NCBI GenBank assembly: GCA_964016885.1 | Contig: OZ024741.1 | Location: forward strand, 306,900,001 to 306,964,000 | From: Eledone cirrhosa | Taxonomy: Eukaryota | DNA length: 64,000 bases | Direction of reading: 5' to 3' | Program-made: the position numbers and the translations under genes | In this document: positions 27,705-41,903 of the stretch, piece by piece | Layout: each line of letters opens with the position of its first letter | Position numbering within the stretch: position 1 is the stretch's first letter | The notes under the pieces: model-generated | The model's input: only the letters and a program-made list of their open reading frames with translations | What the model was told of the DNA's origin: nothing | The model's database searches: none

Positions 27705-28841
27705 ATTCCCAACATTAGCCGTAGGATTTCTACCTTATCTTCGTCTATAGAAATTTTTAATAAAGCCGCTCCTTATTATAATAAAGCCCTTAATAACAGC
27801 GGTTTTACAGAAATTTTTTTTATTTACCTCCCCCCCCCCCCCCCCCTAAAACTAACCACAATAACAGGAAAAGGAAAATTATTTGGTTCACACCCCCCTC
27901 CTCTCTAACTGTCAAAACTAATGTAGGAAGGAAATTCCTTGAACTCTTAGATAAACATTTTCCTCCTAATCATAGATATTATAAGATATTTAATAGGAAC
28001 GTAGTTAAGATCAGTTACTCTTGTTGCCCATCTATGAAGTCCAAGATCACTAATTCAAATCATACGAGAACAAATCCAGGATGCAGTTGCAGGAAGCCGG
28101 ATGAATGCCCATTGCAGGGCAAATGTAACACCAAATCTGTTGTTTATGAGGCTAAAATAACACCTTTAATCAACAACCAGCCAGCTAGGAGTGAGCGATA
28201 TGTCCGCATGACCCAGGACAGGTTTAAAACGAGGTTTTACTCACATGTCGCTTCTTTTAAGCACTCCGATAAACGAACAACAACGGCTCTCGCAAGTAAG
28301 GTGTGGGAATTCAGGGATAATAACATACCGTACTCTATCGATTGGTCTATTTTAGACCATTCGAGGGTGTACCAAAGGGGCACAAAGAATTGTTCTTTGT
28401 GTACCACAGAAAAATATAGGATTTTGCTAAACTTGAAAGCCACTTTTGCTTGCCTGAACTCAAAGACCGAGATCTTCAGATGTTGTCCTCATCTGAAATC
28501 ACATCTGATCTGTAACTGGATTGACATTCCTATCATAACTCAACCGCCTTGAACTCCTTCTCTGCTCTTTACTTCTACTACGGTTTTTTTACCTGCTGAA
28601 TCCACGTTCTTGCATTCTCTTTCTCCCTTATCTCCCCTTATATTTTACCTTTTCCTATGTCATTCTTTCCCCCTCCTTCCCCCCTCCCTATTTTTTTGCC
28701 TTACCCGTCACATACCAACATTTTTTTATTTTTAGATATTAATTTTTTATATAATAATTTTTTATATAATGGTTTTGTGTGTTTTTATATAATAGCCTCA
28801 GAAAAGGCTTGAGCTCTGCCGTAGTGTCAGGCTTTTTCCTA

Positions 28842-28842
<1 letters not shown>
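27705..28842 (+). mobile_element. Penelope-like element 3' part (thumb/linker, GIY-YIG endonuclease, 3' UTR)
   Basis: RKIIWF..KISYSCC linker; ORF 28034-28552 CSC..CPLQGKC, VVYEA..RYV, CSLC..EK, LNS; ends in a degenerate copy of the HHR stem-III motif ggcttgagctctgccg. Confidence 0.85.
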
Positions 28843-28907
<65 letters not shown>

Positions 28908-29219
28908 CGTTTTTGTATGTGTGTTTGTATTTCTGTGGTTGGGTTTTTTGTGTGTGTGTGTATGTATATATATTTATGTGTATTTGTGTGTGTGTGTATA
29001 TGTATATATGTATAAGGGTGTATGTATGTGCATCATTATATATAGTGATTTGATGATTATTTTCATTGATCTTTTGCTCCATGAACTTGTTGAGTGCTCT
29101 AGGTTTGCTATGGGGATTTATACCCTTTTCTAAATATATATATATTTTTATTTATTATTTGTCGTATTCCAAATTTTATTTTATATATAAAATATTTATT
29201 TTATAATATTCATGTTCTT

Positions 29220-29329
<110 letters not shown>

Positions 29330-29461
29330 AGTTATATATGTATATGTATGTGTATGTGTGTGTGTACGTATGTGTGTGTGTGTACGTATGCATACGTATG
29401 TGTATGTATATATGTGTGTGTAGGTATATATGTGTATGTTAGTAAGTATGTATGTATGTGA

Positions 29462-29523
<62 letters not shown>

Positions 29524-29900
29524 TTTAGAGTTAAATAAGGTTCATATGAATTATCCAAGAATGAGTTTTACACGCATATATATATATAATATATGTGCGT
29601 GTTTGTGATATGTACGTATTTGTATGTGTATAATTGTATGGCTATGTATGTATGTGTGTGTGTGTATATATATATATGTGTGTGTGTATGTATATGTGTG
29701 TGTATATATGTATATATGTGTGTGTGTGTATGTATTTGTGTATGCGTATGTAATTGTTTATGTATTTGTATATGTATATTTATGTGTGAGAGTGTGTGTA
29801 TGTATGTACGTGCGTGTATACGTATGATTGTGTGTATGTATGTATGTATGTATGTATGTATGTATATGTATGTGTGTATGGCTATGTATGTGTATGTGTA

Positions 29901-29957
<57 letters not shown>

Positions 29958-30288
29958 ATATATGTGTATATATGTGTATATATGTGTGTGTGGTTGTATA
30001 TATGTATGTGTATGTATGGATATGTTGATATTTATGTGTGTACGTATGTATGTGTATATGTATGTCTATTTATATATATACATATATATATGTGTATATG
30101 TGTGTGTGTATGTATGAGTGTAAGTATATATATATATATATGTGTGTGTATGTATATAATTGTGTGTGTGTGTTTGCATGTGTGTTTTTATTTTGTTTTT
30201 CCTTTCCTTCTTCCTTCTCCAGCCTCACTTTCATATAGATTGCATTTTTGTTTTTAGAATCCAATATCAATAAATACACCAGGATTTT

Positions 30289-30346
30289 TTCATTCTGATG
30301 ATTGAAAGCAACATTTTTTGCTTTTAAAAAACCATTGGTAAATGGA
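30289..30346 (+). ncRNA. Degenerate hammerhead (G12A)
   Basis: ttcatt CTGATGA ttgaaagcaa..ttgcttttaa AAAA ccattgg TA aatgga. Confidence 0.55.
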
Positions 30347-30534
30347 ATAATTGCCTTATGTTGTTTATTACATAACTATTAAGCTCTGTTACCTACATAG
30401 AGCACTCTTTTTTCCTGGACTTTTCCGACGGAATTACTTCATTCACACACACACATATATATATATATATGTATATATATATAAATATATATGTATATAT
30501 ATATATATATATATACATATATATTTATATATAT

Positions 30535-30581
<47 letters not shown>

Positions 30582-30892
30582 TACATCATCATTATCATCA
30601 CCGTTTTACGTCCGTTCCTCCATGCTAGCATGGGTTAGACGGGTTGTCCTGTTGTTGGCAGTGTCTGGTCGGCTGACCATGGCTTGCACATACAGGAACC
30701 GATTTTGGCTTGATTTCCATATTATATATTATATATATATATATTATAAGTTATTCTGGGGTTCAATCGGGGCTAACCACAGTAAGTAAGGTACCCAATA
30801 CATAGCAAAGTATAAAAGTTTAATATAGAAAAGCTTCTACAGGACTATAACTGTTTCATTCGTAAGAAATCAATATATATTTTATATATATA

Positions 30893-31916
30893 CTAGCAGT
30901 AAAGCCCGGCGTTGCTCGGGGGTCGCTCAGTAGCTGTGTTAAAGTTACAATGTTAAGTTTCTTTTTTGGCTTAAAGTCTGTCTGCACGACTGTCTGTCTG
31001 CACGCCTAACGAAATTTACAGATACATATATTTTAAATAAACTTATATAATTTTTGCTTTTTTTTTACGAAATATTTGCTTGTTTTACGTAGTCTTTAAA
31101 TAGACTTGTTTTCAAGTAAAAATATTGTTTTAAAAGGCTTTTAAATGGAAATGAAGCAAAACGGAAGCTTAGTGTTCGAACTGATGAATTTTGCAGGTCA
31201 AAATTTTGCTGGCTCGACAACTATTCGTGTATTGTGTTAATGTCATTTTAAACGCTGAGAAAGCCAGCGTAATTTTTTTAATTTTTGCACGCAGAAAATG
31301 TAAACAGAACGTAAGACAAAGGGAAATAACTCGTCACTTACGCTCAAAAATCGATACATTAGATTCGATTTCGTCACATAGGGTGGGTCAATTTGAAATA
31401 TTTTTTTTCCGATGTCTTCGCTAGGGCTCAATGTACAAGTATAGCAATTTCGGTGCAATTCCGTCAGAGATTCTAAGAGGAGATGTGTGCCAGAAATCGA
31501 TAGACAGACAGACAGACAACCACAGCTTTATATATATAGAACAAAGGGAAATAACTCGTCACTTACGCTCAAAAATCGATACATTAGATTCGATTTCGTT
31601 ACATAGGGTGGGTCAATTTGAAATATTTTTTTCCGATGTCTTCGCTAGGACTCAATGTACAAGTATAGCAATTTCGGTGCAATTCTGTCAGAGATTCTAA
31701 GAGGAGATGTGTGCCAAAAATCGATAGACAGACAGACAACCACAGCTTTATATATATAGATGACATAATCAAAAACAAGAACTTATTTGAAAATTTATTT
31801 GACCGATGGTTCCGCCGGACCTTCATCTATAAGTGTAGCAATTTCACCGAAATTTGAACGTACGGTTTAAGAGGAGATGTGTGCCGAAGGTTTTAGTAGA
31901 CAGACAGACAACCTCA

Positions 31917-31930
<14 letters not shown>
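30893..31930 (-). mobile_element. Non-autonomous Helitron with tandemly duplicated 5' end
   Basis: CTAG plus cccggcgttgctcggg hairpin at 30893; 31316-31540 matches 31541-31760, each ending ctttatatatataga (TC start on minus). Confidence 0.8.
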
Positions 31931-31956
<26 letters not shown>

Positions 31957-32020
31957 TATATCATCATCATCATCATCATCATCATCTTCGTTTAACGTCC
32001 GTTTTCCACGCTAGCATAGG

Positions 32021-32069
<49 letters not shown>

Positions 32070-32070
<1 letters not shown>

Positions 32071-32726
32071 TAACAGAATAGCCCGGCGTTCCTCGGGGTT
32101 CTAAACATAGATTGGCATGTTTATCCCTCCTGAAACAGTACAGAGAAGTACGGAATACCTCGGCCTTGCGACCGTCGAATAGCAGATTGCACTGACGATT
32201 CGTTTGCTCGCCTTGTTCTTTTGCTTGCCGCTTTCGCAGTATTTCGGCCAATGGAGTATCTCTTCCTTCGAGGCATGACCTAAAAGCAGGACGAAGTACA
32301 CTAAGATTAACTGGTAGAGTAAGGAGTAAACTCGTCAATGATGCATGTGATTTCCGAACTGTTGACTATGTAATTGCCAAAAGTAGTGGGACTTTTTTGG
32401 GTGGCATATCGGTAGTAACAATGACGATAAGCCGTCTGTGCTTTCGTGAAATAAATACGTTTGTTTATATTTTGTTTTTGTGTATGCAAAAATATCTGTA
32501 CACGAATATATAATTATATATATATATATATTAAAATAACAGCAAAGAATTACTGCTTTCACCCCAAATGGGATCTTCTGAAACTGAAAAAATCAATCTG
32601 TGAACGCAGGAGTAAATATTTCAAAAAACGTTGCAACCGACGGAAAACAGGAAAACGATACTTTGGTTCGTGAAGACGTTTTCATGTCATAATGCAGACA
32701 GCCAGACATACAGACATTCTGTGTTT

Positions 32727-32735
<9 letters not shown>
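32070..32735 (-). mobile_element. Non-autonomous Helitron
   Basis: ctaacagaatagcccggcgttcctcgggg 3' hairpin; acagac..ttttatatata 5' end. Confidence 0.65.
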
Positions 32736-32762
<27 letters not shown>

Positions 32763-33639
32763 GATAATAAGGGCGCTGCGGAGTTGCAAATGGGATACAT
32801 ATGAAAAAAGTTTGTCCTTCATCAGTGATCTTCCAACCATCATAGGTATTTCATCGCTTTAAAGACCATAAACCTCCGGTTGGTGCGGGCAACGGCTAAA
32901 AAAGTGGTTGGGACACGTAAATAAGGGGGACGCGAGGGTAAACAAACAAAATGGTGAAGCAACAGAAAGTGAGGAAGAAAGAGACAAGTCCCAGATTTCT
33001 ATGAATTTAAATTCAGTGAAATCGTGAACGAGAGAATAAAGACCATCAAACCTGGTTGAAATGTGAGCAAGGAAGGAATTTCGCACAGGTCTAACGGGAG
33101 GAAGAAGGGGTCTGGTCTGCGAATTCGGTAAACATAAGTTCTGTGAAATCGTAGACGAGAGAGAGAAAAAATTCATACCAGCTTGGCCAGCGTGCGATAG
33201 AAGAGAATTACACACAGGTCAAACGGGAAGAAAGAGGAGGAGGAGAGGTAGTGACAGAGAATGAGTGAGTGAAGGGTGAGCAAGAGGCTAACAGAGAGAG
33301 AGAGACTGCTAGAAAGGGTAAATATACATAGAACGAAAAAGACGTGTAGCAGCAGAGGAAAAAATATGTGTAAAGATGATAATAAGGGCGCTGCAGAGTT
33401 GCAAATGGGTTACATGCTGTGACCTCTTTAACGACAATCTTTTTCCTTCTCTCTAGTTTTAAACTTCTACTCCATCTTGTCTTTTGCTTTGTGCTGTATT
33501 ATTCATGATTCGTGTCTGTGCTCACATTCTCGTTTGTACCTTTGTGTGCATGTCTTTGTCTTTGTCATGTCTATGTGCATTTTACGTGCATGTGTGGGTT
33601 GATATCTTTTGCTGTTTGAATCTTCTTTTTCTCCTATTC

Positions 33640-33855
33640 TGTCTTCAATTGTTATGTTGTTACTATTCCACTCATGTTTCATGTTCAGGCTAGGTCTATC
33701 TTCCATTCTGTGTGTGCTCTCAGTAATTTCTCTGAGTGCTGAATAAGTTCTATGTGTGGATAGGATCTTTATTTCTATGTTGTCAATTGAGCCCTCGTGT
33801 TCCAGTTTGACATGTTGGTATAGTACTGATGAACTTTTCTCCATCTTAAGTTCTC

Positions 33856-33858
<3 letters not shown>
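33640..33858 (-). pseudogene. Penelope-like GIY-YIG C-terminal remnant
   Basis: SVLYQHVKLEH..IKILS..LREITES..RPSLNMKHEW. Confidence 0.6.
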
Positions 33859-33897
<39 letters not shown>

Positions 33898-34097
33898 CAA
33901 ATGTAAGTACAGCATAGTCGAAGCTCGAGCCGCATACAAGGCAACGAATGCAATCAGAAGTGCAGCCAAGCACTTGATATGGTATAAAACCTTAGAGTAA
34001 TAACATTCTATTTAAAGGGGTTTGCAAATTGAAGATAGCGACCAGTAATTTAGCCGTGGGGACTGTAGCAACGAAAGAACTGACTCGCAAGAAAAAA

Positions 34098-34167
<70 letters not shown>

Positions 34168-34426
34168 TGTGTGTGTGTGTGTGTGGCGAGAAAAGCTCAC
34201 CAACATGCCAAACTGGAACACGGGGGCTCAATAGATAACAGAAATGTTCTCTTTAAAGGAACTCTGGCAAGGACTTAGTAACTAGTAATAAAGGTAAAGT
34301 GAAAATCACAACGGTGCGTGCGATTTATTTTATTAACAATACTTGCAAAATGACCATCCCCATATTCAACAATTTCAATTTCAGCACACAATTTCACATC
34401 AAGAATCTTGCAGAACAAATAAACAT

Positions 34427-36992
34427 ATCATCATCATTATTGTTTAACGTCTATCTTCCACGCTAGCATGGGTTAGATGGGAATAATCCAACTTGAGGCA
34501 AGATTGAACAGGTGACCGTGTCTCGCTCGTATAGAACTGTATCTGGCAGGTTTTCTATGGCTGGAAGCCCTTCCTAACACCAACCACATTTACCGTGTTT
34601 CCTCCAAGACCACATTACAGCGAGGACTGTTTTTTTGTTGTGACATCTACACAACCTCTTTAGGTTAGACTGGATGTTGTGGTACCAACATAACATTACA
34701 GAGAAAGGGTGGTGTTGGTGGGAGTGGGAGGATGGAGTAGAGGTAGTAGGTTGGGGTGTATATTTGGTTAGGAAGGGTCTATTGACTGTAGGTTAACTTT
34801 GCACATAGGGAAGGCTGTCATCTTTCATGTGTCTTTCATATAAATATATATATCATCATCACCGTTTTACATCCATTCTTCCACGCTAGCATGGGTTAGA
34901 CGGGTTGTTCTGTTGCAGGCACTGCCAGGTCGGATGAGCATGTCTTGCTCATACGGGAACTGATTTTGGCTTGATTTCTACAGTTGGATGCCCTTCCTAA
35001 CACCAACCTCATTTACAGTGAGGACTGGGTGTTTTTTACCGTGGTCCCTACCCGACCACTTTACAGTGTGGGCTGGGTGCGTTTTTCTCGTGTCTCCTAT
35101 ACGACCATCTTACAGTGTGGACTGCGGTGTCGACACAGTGGACAGAACGGAAATGGGAGGATGTGGTAAGGTGTGTGGGGTGGGGTGTATATTGGGTTAA
35201 GAGGTGCCTACTGACTGTAGGTTTGTATGCAAGGGAAGGCGGGTCTTCTGTACAACTGCATTGTGCCAAAGATCTTGATCCAGTGACATTGTCTTTGAGA
35301 GGTGTAAGTGAGCAAGGTCAGTTTTTATTATCTCATCCTAGGTTTTACTTGATCTACCCACTCCATAGCTTCCATCAATTTTCATTGCCCTGCACTTTTT
35401 TATATAGCTATCGTTCTTCATATGCATCACATGGCCATACCAACGCAATCTTCTCTCCAGAACACAACATTTGATACCTCTTATGCTTAGTCTCTCTCTC
35501 AATTCATTTATGCTTCGCCGTTCATGCACCTTACTATTACATGACCATTGGATCATGCAAGCTTCATTTATTTCTAATCTATGCAAGTCTGTAGCACACA
35601 ACGCCCAGGTCTCACTATCATGTAATATCGCTGTTCGTATAAAAGCATCATACAATCTGCCTTTCACTTATAGAGAAAAATCCCTTGTGGCCAACAGTGG
35701 TATTAGCTCTTTGAACTTTTTTCATCCCGTTTTAACTCTGGCTACTACACTTTCAGAGCACCCTCTTCCACCGCTGATTTTGTCACTCAGGTAACGGAAA
35801 GTGTCCACTATTTCTGGGCATTTGCAGGAGATAGCATCCAGTGGGTCCTTGCTACTTACTGCACCTGAGCATCGGCCACATATACAATCTACATTCTTAT
35901 ATAACTTACCTGTGATCCCACTACATCTTTTATGTACCCATAGTTTGTATTTGGGACATAGAATTGAATTTCTACCTACTCCTTTCTTACACACTGAGCA
36001 AGGCCATTTCCCAGAGGGCACCTGTGCTCTATTCTCTTTTCTACTTAATAGAACTTTAGTCTTAGACAAGTTGACTCTAAGGCCTTTTGATTCTAGGTCA
36101 TGCTTCCATGGATTAAGCTATGAGAGTTAGATCATTTGGATATAGAAGTTCCCATAGGCAGCCAGTCTTATACCCTGTAGGACAATAATAAACAGGAGAG
36201 GGCTAAGGACGGAGCCTTGGTGAACCTCTAGTATTACGCCAAATTCTTCACTATATTTGTTAATTCTAACCTTGCTGACTGTTCCTCTATACATGGCTTG
36301 TGTAGCTCTCACAAGCCATTCATCCACTCCTAGTTTTCTAAGAGCCCACCAGATTAAGGTGCGTGGGACTCTTAAAAGCCTTTTCCAAGTCAACAAAAGC
36401 TAAATAGAGGAGTTTACTGTTAGCTAGGTACTTCTCCTGTAGTTACCAAACAAGGAAAAGAGCATCCATGGTACTTTTACCTGGCAGAAACCCAAACTGC
36501 ATTTCATCTAGATAAATTTGGTTCCTAATCAGTTAACTCTTTCTGTGACTTTCATGACCTGGTCAACTAATTTAATGCCCCTATAGTTTCCTTGCTCTTG
36601 TAACAGTTGACGATGCTGCTGCTACGCAAGTCATTTGGTATGAACCCATTATGTATTACTTGGTTTACTATCCGGGTGACCATAATCCCACCATTCTAGC
36701 AAATATTCCCGAAGGCCTAGCTGCCTTGTCTGTCTTCATACATCTGATTGCCTTACTTACTATACGACCATTAACTTGCACAGCTGGTCATTCTGTTGGA
36801 TAAATGTGAGGCAGACTATCTTTATTCCTTTCATTCTCCTCATTCAGTAGAATCTCGTAGTGACACTTCCAAGCTACCTTCTTATCACTATCAGTGAGGG
36901 CAAGTATACCATCATCATTACAGACACACATCTCCCCGATAATATCACAATTCTCTTTGACACACTGCCTTGCAATCCTGAACACCTCACAT
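34427..36992 (-). mobile_element. RTE LINE fragment (third variant), RT to 3' tail, plus an extra 3' tail at 34427-34825
   Basis: VHQGSVLSPLLF, WPCSVCKKG..WVHKRC..CGRC, FRYL, RRLRWYGHV; CAT tails at 34427 and 34852. Confidence 0.88.
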
Positions 36993-37001
36993 CTTACATA
37001 C

Positions 37002-37043
<42 letters not shown>

Positions 37044-37084
37044 GCATATGTATATATATATATATATATACATATATATACCTA

Positions 37085-38222
37085 TACCTACATTGGCTCT
37101 ACTTCTACTTCCTTTAAAGCAAGATTCTATAATCATTCTTCTACATTTAAATCTCCACTTAAAAGGACCAGCACCGCACTCTCAGAACTTATTTGGTCCT
37201 TAAAAGACAAAAACATAAATTACGAAATTTCTTGGCGTAAAATCTACAACGCATCTCCATACTCCAATGCTTCCATATCTAGTGTTTGTAATATATGTCT
37301 AGTTGAAAAATTTACCATTATCTCAAATTTCAACACAATAATAAATCGAAGAACCGATTTATTTGGACTTTGTAATCATAAATCCTACAAGACCTTTCGC
37401 AAAGTATATAGCTGATGTCCTATAACATATTCCACGAGTCACTGTTATCTTTAGACATCTTTCATTATATTCTACAATGTATTAATTTGGTTTTCTCATC
37501 ATATATTAAGCCTTTGACATTTTTTCTATAGCCTTAGATTTTCGCTCAAACCTTCGTAGATTTTGTAAACAAATTATGACGTCATATGTTTTTCTATGTT
37601 TATAAATCATTCTAGCAATTTCCTTTATTTACTTGTTGATATAAAATAAAAATTAAATAGTATACCCCACATTTATAGATTTTTACTAGAAATTATTAAT
37701 TTTGACATAGATAGACTATTTTTATTTTTATCTTATTTTATAAAAATATTTTTTTTAAATATTTATTTTATTTTATTTTATTAATACATTTTTACACATC
37801 TTAATCCAATTTTTAGTATTTAAACTCAATATAAAATAATATACCCAGTTTCTATATTTAGACCTCTAATATTTGAATACAGTCTATAATATTCGCACAT
37901 ACACCTCATTAATTTACTGTTTAACCATTATTTACAGCTGTTTAAAATTTAAAATCTCTCTCTCTCTCTTCCCTTTTTCTTCTTTTTTTCCTTTTGCTCC
38001 TCTTCAATTTTCCTATCTATTTCTTAATATAGTATTAACACTTATATTTCTGTCATATGTAGACTTAGCCCTTTCCTGTAAACAAGTGCTATTATGCCTT
38101 ATATCATGTTACATTATTTTATCTGATGAGAACACAATTTTTGTCCCAGGATGATTTTGTATTCGAAATGCGCATAATAAAATATATGGAACGCTTTTAA
38201 CCATCTTTTAATTTCTTCTTTA
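37085..38222 (+). mobile_element. Penelope-like element 3' end (GIY-YIG, AT-rich UTR, HHR)
   Basis: YIGST..FKARFYNH..TALS..CNICLVEK..NRR..CNHK, stop at 37415. Confidence 0.85.
38115..38184 (+). ncRNA. Type I hammerhead ribozyme (canonical core) in the Penelope terminal repeat
   Basis: tattttat CTGATGA gaacacaa..ttgtattc GAAA tgcgca TA ataaaata. Confidence 0.85.
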
Positions 38223-38232
38223 TTATACAGAC

Positions 38233-38265
<33 letters not shown>

Positions 38266-38270
38266 CATAC

Positions 38271-38301
<31 letters not shown>

Positions 38302-38350
38302 CATATATTTATACATATATATATACATATATATATACATATATATATAC

Positions 38351-38381
<31 letters not shown>

Positions 38382-38504
38382 CATATATATATACATATAT
38401 ATATACATATATATATATACATATATATGTATATATATATATTTATACATATATACATACATATATATATATATATGTATACATACATATCTTTTTTTTT
38501 TTTT

Positions 38505-38791
38505 CATCATTTTACGTCCACTTTTCCCTGCTTGCAAGGGTGGGACGGGAACTGATTCTGGCTTGATTTCTACAGATGGATGCCCTTCATAACATCAACC
38601 TCATTTACAGTGGGTGGTGGGTGCTTTTTTTTTGCTGTGGCATCTCCACGACCACTTTGCTCCAGCTGAGTAAACTGGAGCAATGTGAAATAAAGTTTCT
38701 TGCTCAAGGAAACAACACATCACCCGGTCTGAGAATTGAACTCACAACCCTCGATTGCAAGGCCAATGCTCTAACTACTAAGCCATGTGCC
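38505..38791 (-). mobile_element. tRNA-SINE with RTE-derived 3' tail
   Basis: Reverse complement of the 52824-53140 family. Confidence 0.85.
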
Positions 38792-38886
38792 TTTGCCGTC
38801 GGGGTCACACATTTTCCTATATATGTATATATATATTTATACATATATATATATATACATACATACATATATATATATATTTATAC

Positions 38887-38919
<33 letters not shown>

Positions 38920-39040
38920 CATACATATGTATATATATATATATACATATGTACATATACAAATATATATATATACATATGTATATATATATTTATACAT
39001 ATATATATACATACATATATATATATACATATATATATAC

Positions 39041-39086
<46 letters not shown>

Positions 39087-39142
39087 GTATATATATATAC
39101 ATACATATACATATGTATATATATATATATATATATACATAC

Positions 39143-39200
<58 letters not shown>

Positions 39201-39205
<5 letters not shown>

Positions 39206-39592
39206 TAAAAAGAAAAGAAAATGCTGACAAATTGTTCCCAGTGAAAAATAGTTTAATTAGGAATAAGTAAAAATTAGTAATAGTATTGGTTAGTATTCAG
39301 TTTTGGTTTTAAGTTTTACCGGTTGCGCATTTCTAATGCTTTTCAAAAATAACTTTGAGATAGAGTGTCCGTGATGTTTGCTCTGATCTGATTAGAGCAA
39401 ACAGATTAGAGCAAACATCACGGGCGCTCTATCTCAAAATTATTTTTGAAAAGCATTAGAAATGCGCAACCGGTAAAACTGAAAACCAAAACTGAATACT
39501 AACCAATACTTATTACTAATTTTTACTTATTCCTAATTAAACTATTTTTCACTGGGAACAATTTGTCAGCATTTTCTTTTCCTTTTACCAAT
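39201..39592. mobile_element. ~390-bp fold-back element with a hammerhead variant in each arm
   Basis: Arms are reverse complements; HHR variant ttt TTGAAAA gcatt-aga-aatgc GCAA ccgg TA aaa at 39443-39478, mirror 39314-39349. Confidence 0.8.
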
Positions 39593-40228
39593 ATATCATA
39601 ACTCGTGTGTTACACCTCTTTTTTATATATCGATATGCATCTGTATGTATATAAATGTTACTAGATATAAATTCTTTATAATTATCTCCAATTCATTTGT
39701 CGAGCAATATTGGCCATGACTGCTGCTATAGTAGTAGGCATGCCGCTGTCTTATTAACAACTCGCTTTCCACTGATTGACCTCGATGTCACGTGATTGAT
39801 TCTTTTTGAATTTGCCACAGACGTAGAGGCAGTGATTTTCTCAATGGCTAGGATTTCAGTCCACGCTTCGCTATTTCCTTTCCACTGAATTATTTTTTAA
39901 TAAGTTTCCAGAGTCCTCGCTATGCCTCGAGACTTACATGAAAATAGACTTTCCTGACGACGGAATGCTTTTCAATATATTCTTCGGAAAATATATTTAC
40001 TCCATTCCAGAAACAAATTAGTTGGAAGTGATATTTTAGTAAGTAAGTCAATTTTATAATTTTTTTATAATTTTATAATTTTCTTATCTTACGTCTCTCA
40101 TATTATTGTTCTGCAACCCCATGCATTGAACCACAATGTTACAAAGACAAAACCTATATATTTGCTAGCATTGATATGCATCTGTATGTATATAAATGTT
40201 ACTAGATATAAATTCTTTATATATATAT

Positions 40229-40261
<33 letters not shown>

Positions 40262-40266
40262 TATAT

Positions 40267-40363
<97 letters not shown>

Positions 40364-40380
40364 CATACATATATATATAT

Positions 40381-40552
40381 GAAAATGTATGACCCCGACG
40401 GCTATTTCTGGACACTCCGGAAATAGCCGTCGAAACGGCTTGAGCTCTGCCGCCAGGGTCATACATTTTCCTATTTCCCACTCTACTGTCCTAAGAATTG
40501 AGTACTCTAGTGCGTTATGGTCCATCTGGTTCCTTACCACAACTCCTTCGTT
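40381..40552 (+). mobile_element. Penelope-type terminal repeat remnant with inverted junction and hammerhead 3' half
   Basis: gacggctatttctgga..tccggaaatagccgtc GAAA cggcttgagctctgccg; same family as 1772-1982. Confidence 0.6.
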
Positions 40553-40791
40553 ATATACATATATATATACATACATATGCATATATACATGTATATATAT
40601 ATACATACATATGTATATATATATATATATACATACATATATATATACATACATATGTATATATATATATATATACATACATATATATATATATATACAT
40701 ACATATATATATATATATATACATACATATGTATATATTATATATATATACATACATATATACATACATACATATATATATACATACATAC

Positions 40792-40849
<58 letters not shown>

Positions 40850-41011
40850 TATATTATACATATATATATATATATACATATATACATATATATACATATA
40901 TATACATATGTACATATATATACATATATGTACATATATACATACATATATATATATATATATACATACATATATATATATATACATACATATATATATA
41001 TATATACATAC

Positions 41012-41100
<89 letters not shown>

Positions 41101-41210
41101 CATATATATATATATAAACATACATATATATATATATATAGATATATGTATACATACATACATACATACATACATACATACATACATACATACATACATA
41201 CATACATACA

Positions 41211-41872
41211 ACCATCTTGCCCAGGTTTATGAGCATGAAAAAAAAAATATCATTAGAATAGCGACTGATCTGGAGGAGAGATATGGAATAAAGCCTGATA
41301 TAAATCTCTCACCCAGAGAAATCGGAAGATCCTATTCAATGTTCAAACAAGATGAACAAATTTACCAATTTACAGAAAAAGTTGTGCATGGATACTTGAG
41401 ACGTAAAACACAGACCATAGAGGGGATAAACCACTCAAAAAGCCTGGCATGGAGTTCCGACAAGTTTATGACATCACACCTTGAGGGATATCTCTATGCA
41501 ATACAGGAACAAGAACTCCCTACCAAATATCTGCTGCACAAAAGAGGAGGGCCAGCAGCTGACAATAAATGTAGGCTATGTAAAACAAAGATCGAGGATG
41601 TAAGGCACATTGTTGCCAGCTGCGAAAGAATGTCATCTCGCTACTACCTCCCCATGAGACACGATGGGATAGCTAGAACCATCTGGAACGCACTTCGGAA
41701 AACAAAATTAACAACAAACGAGGAAGAATATATTGAGACAGATGGCACTAAGGAATACTGGTGGAACCTGAAAATAAAAACTGCCACCAAATTAAAGCAC
41801 TTTTCTTTTACAACCTCGCCACCAGGAAGGTGGCCGGTCAAAAAAATATACTCGAAATTAAGAGAAAGAGAT
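41211..41872 (+). mobile_element. R4/Dong-like non-LTR element C-terminal fragment (CCHC knuckle)
   Basis: [30 protein letters not shown]. Confidence 0.8.
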
Positions 41873-41903
41873 AACATACATACATACATATATACATACA
41901 TAC

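Noticed and set aside
28034-28552. Selenocysteine-type (Naiad) recoding in the PLE ORF
   Set aside because: No in-frame TGA at Cys positions in this fragment
32810-32835. CTGATGA on minus; also GAAA-type half motifs at ~30845(-) and ~54073(+)
   Set aside because: Only half of the motif is present, so no complete fold
39950-40000. CTGACGA..GAAAatatatTT hammerhead candidate
   Set aside because: Stem I does not pair; at best a decayed copy
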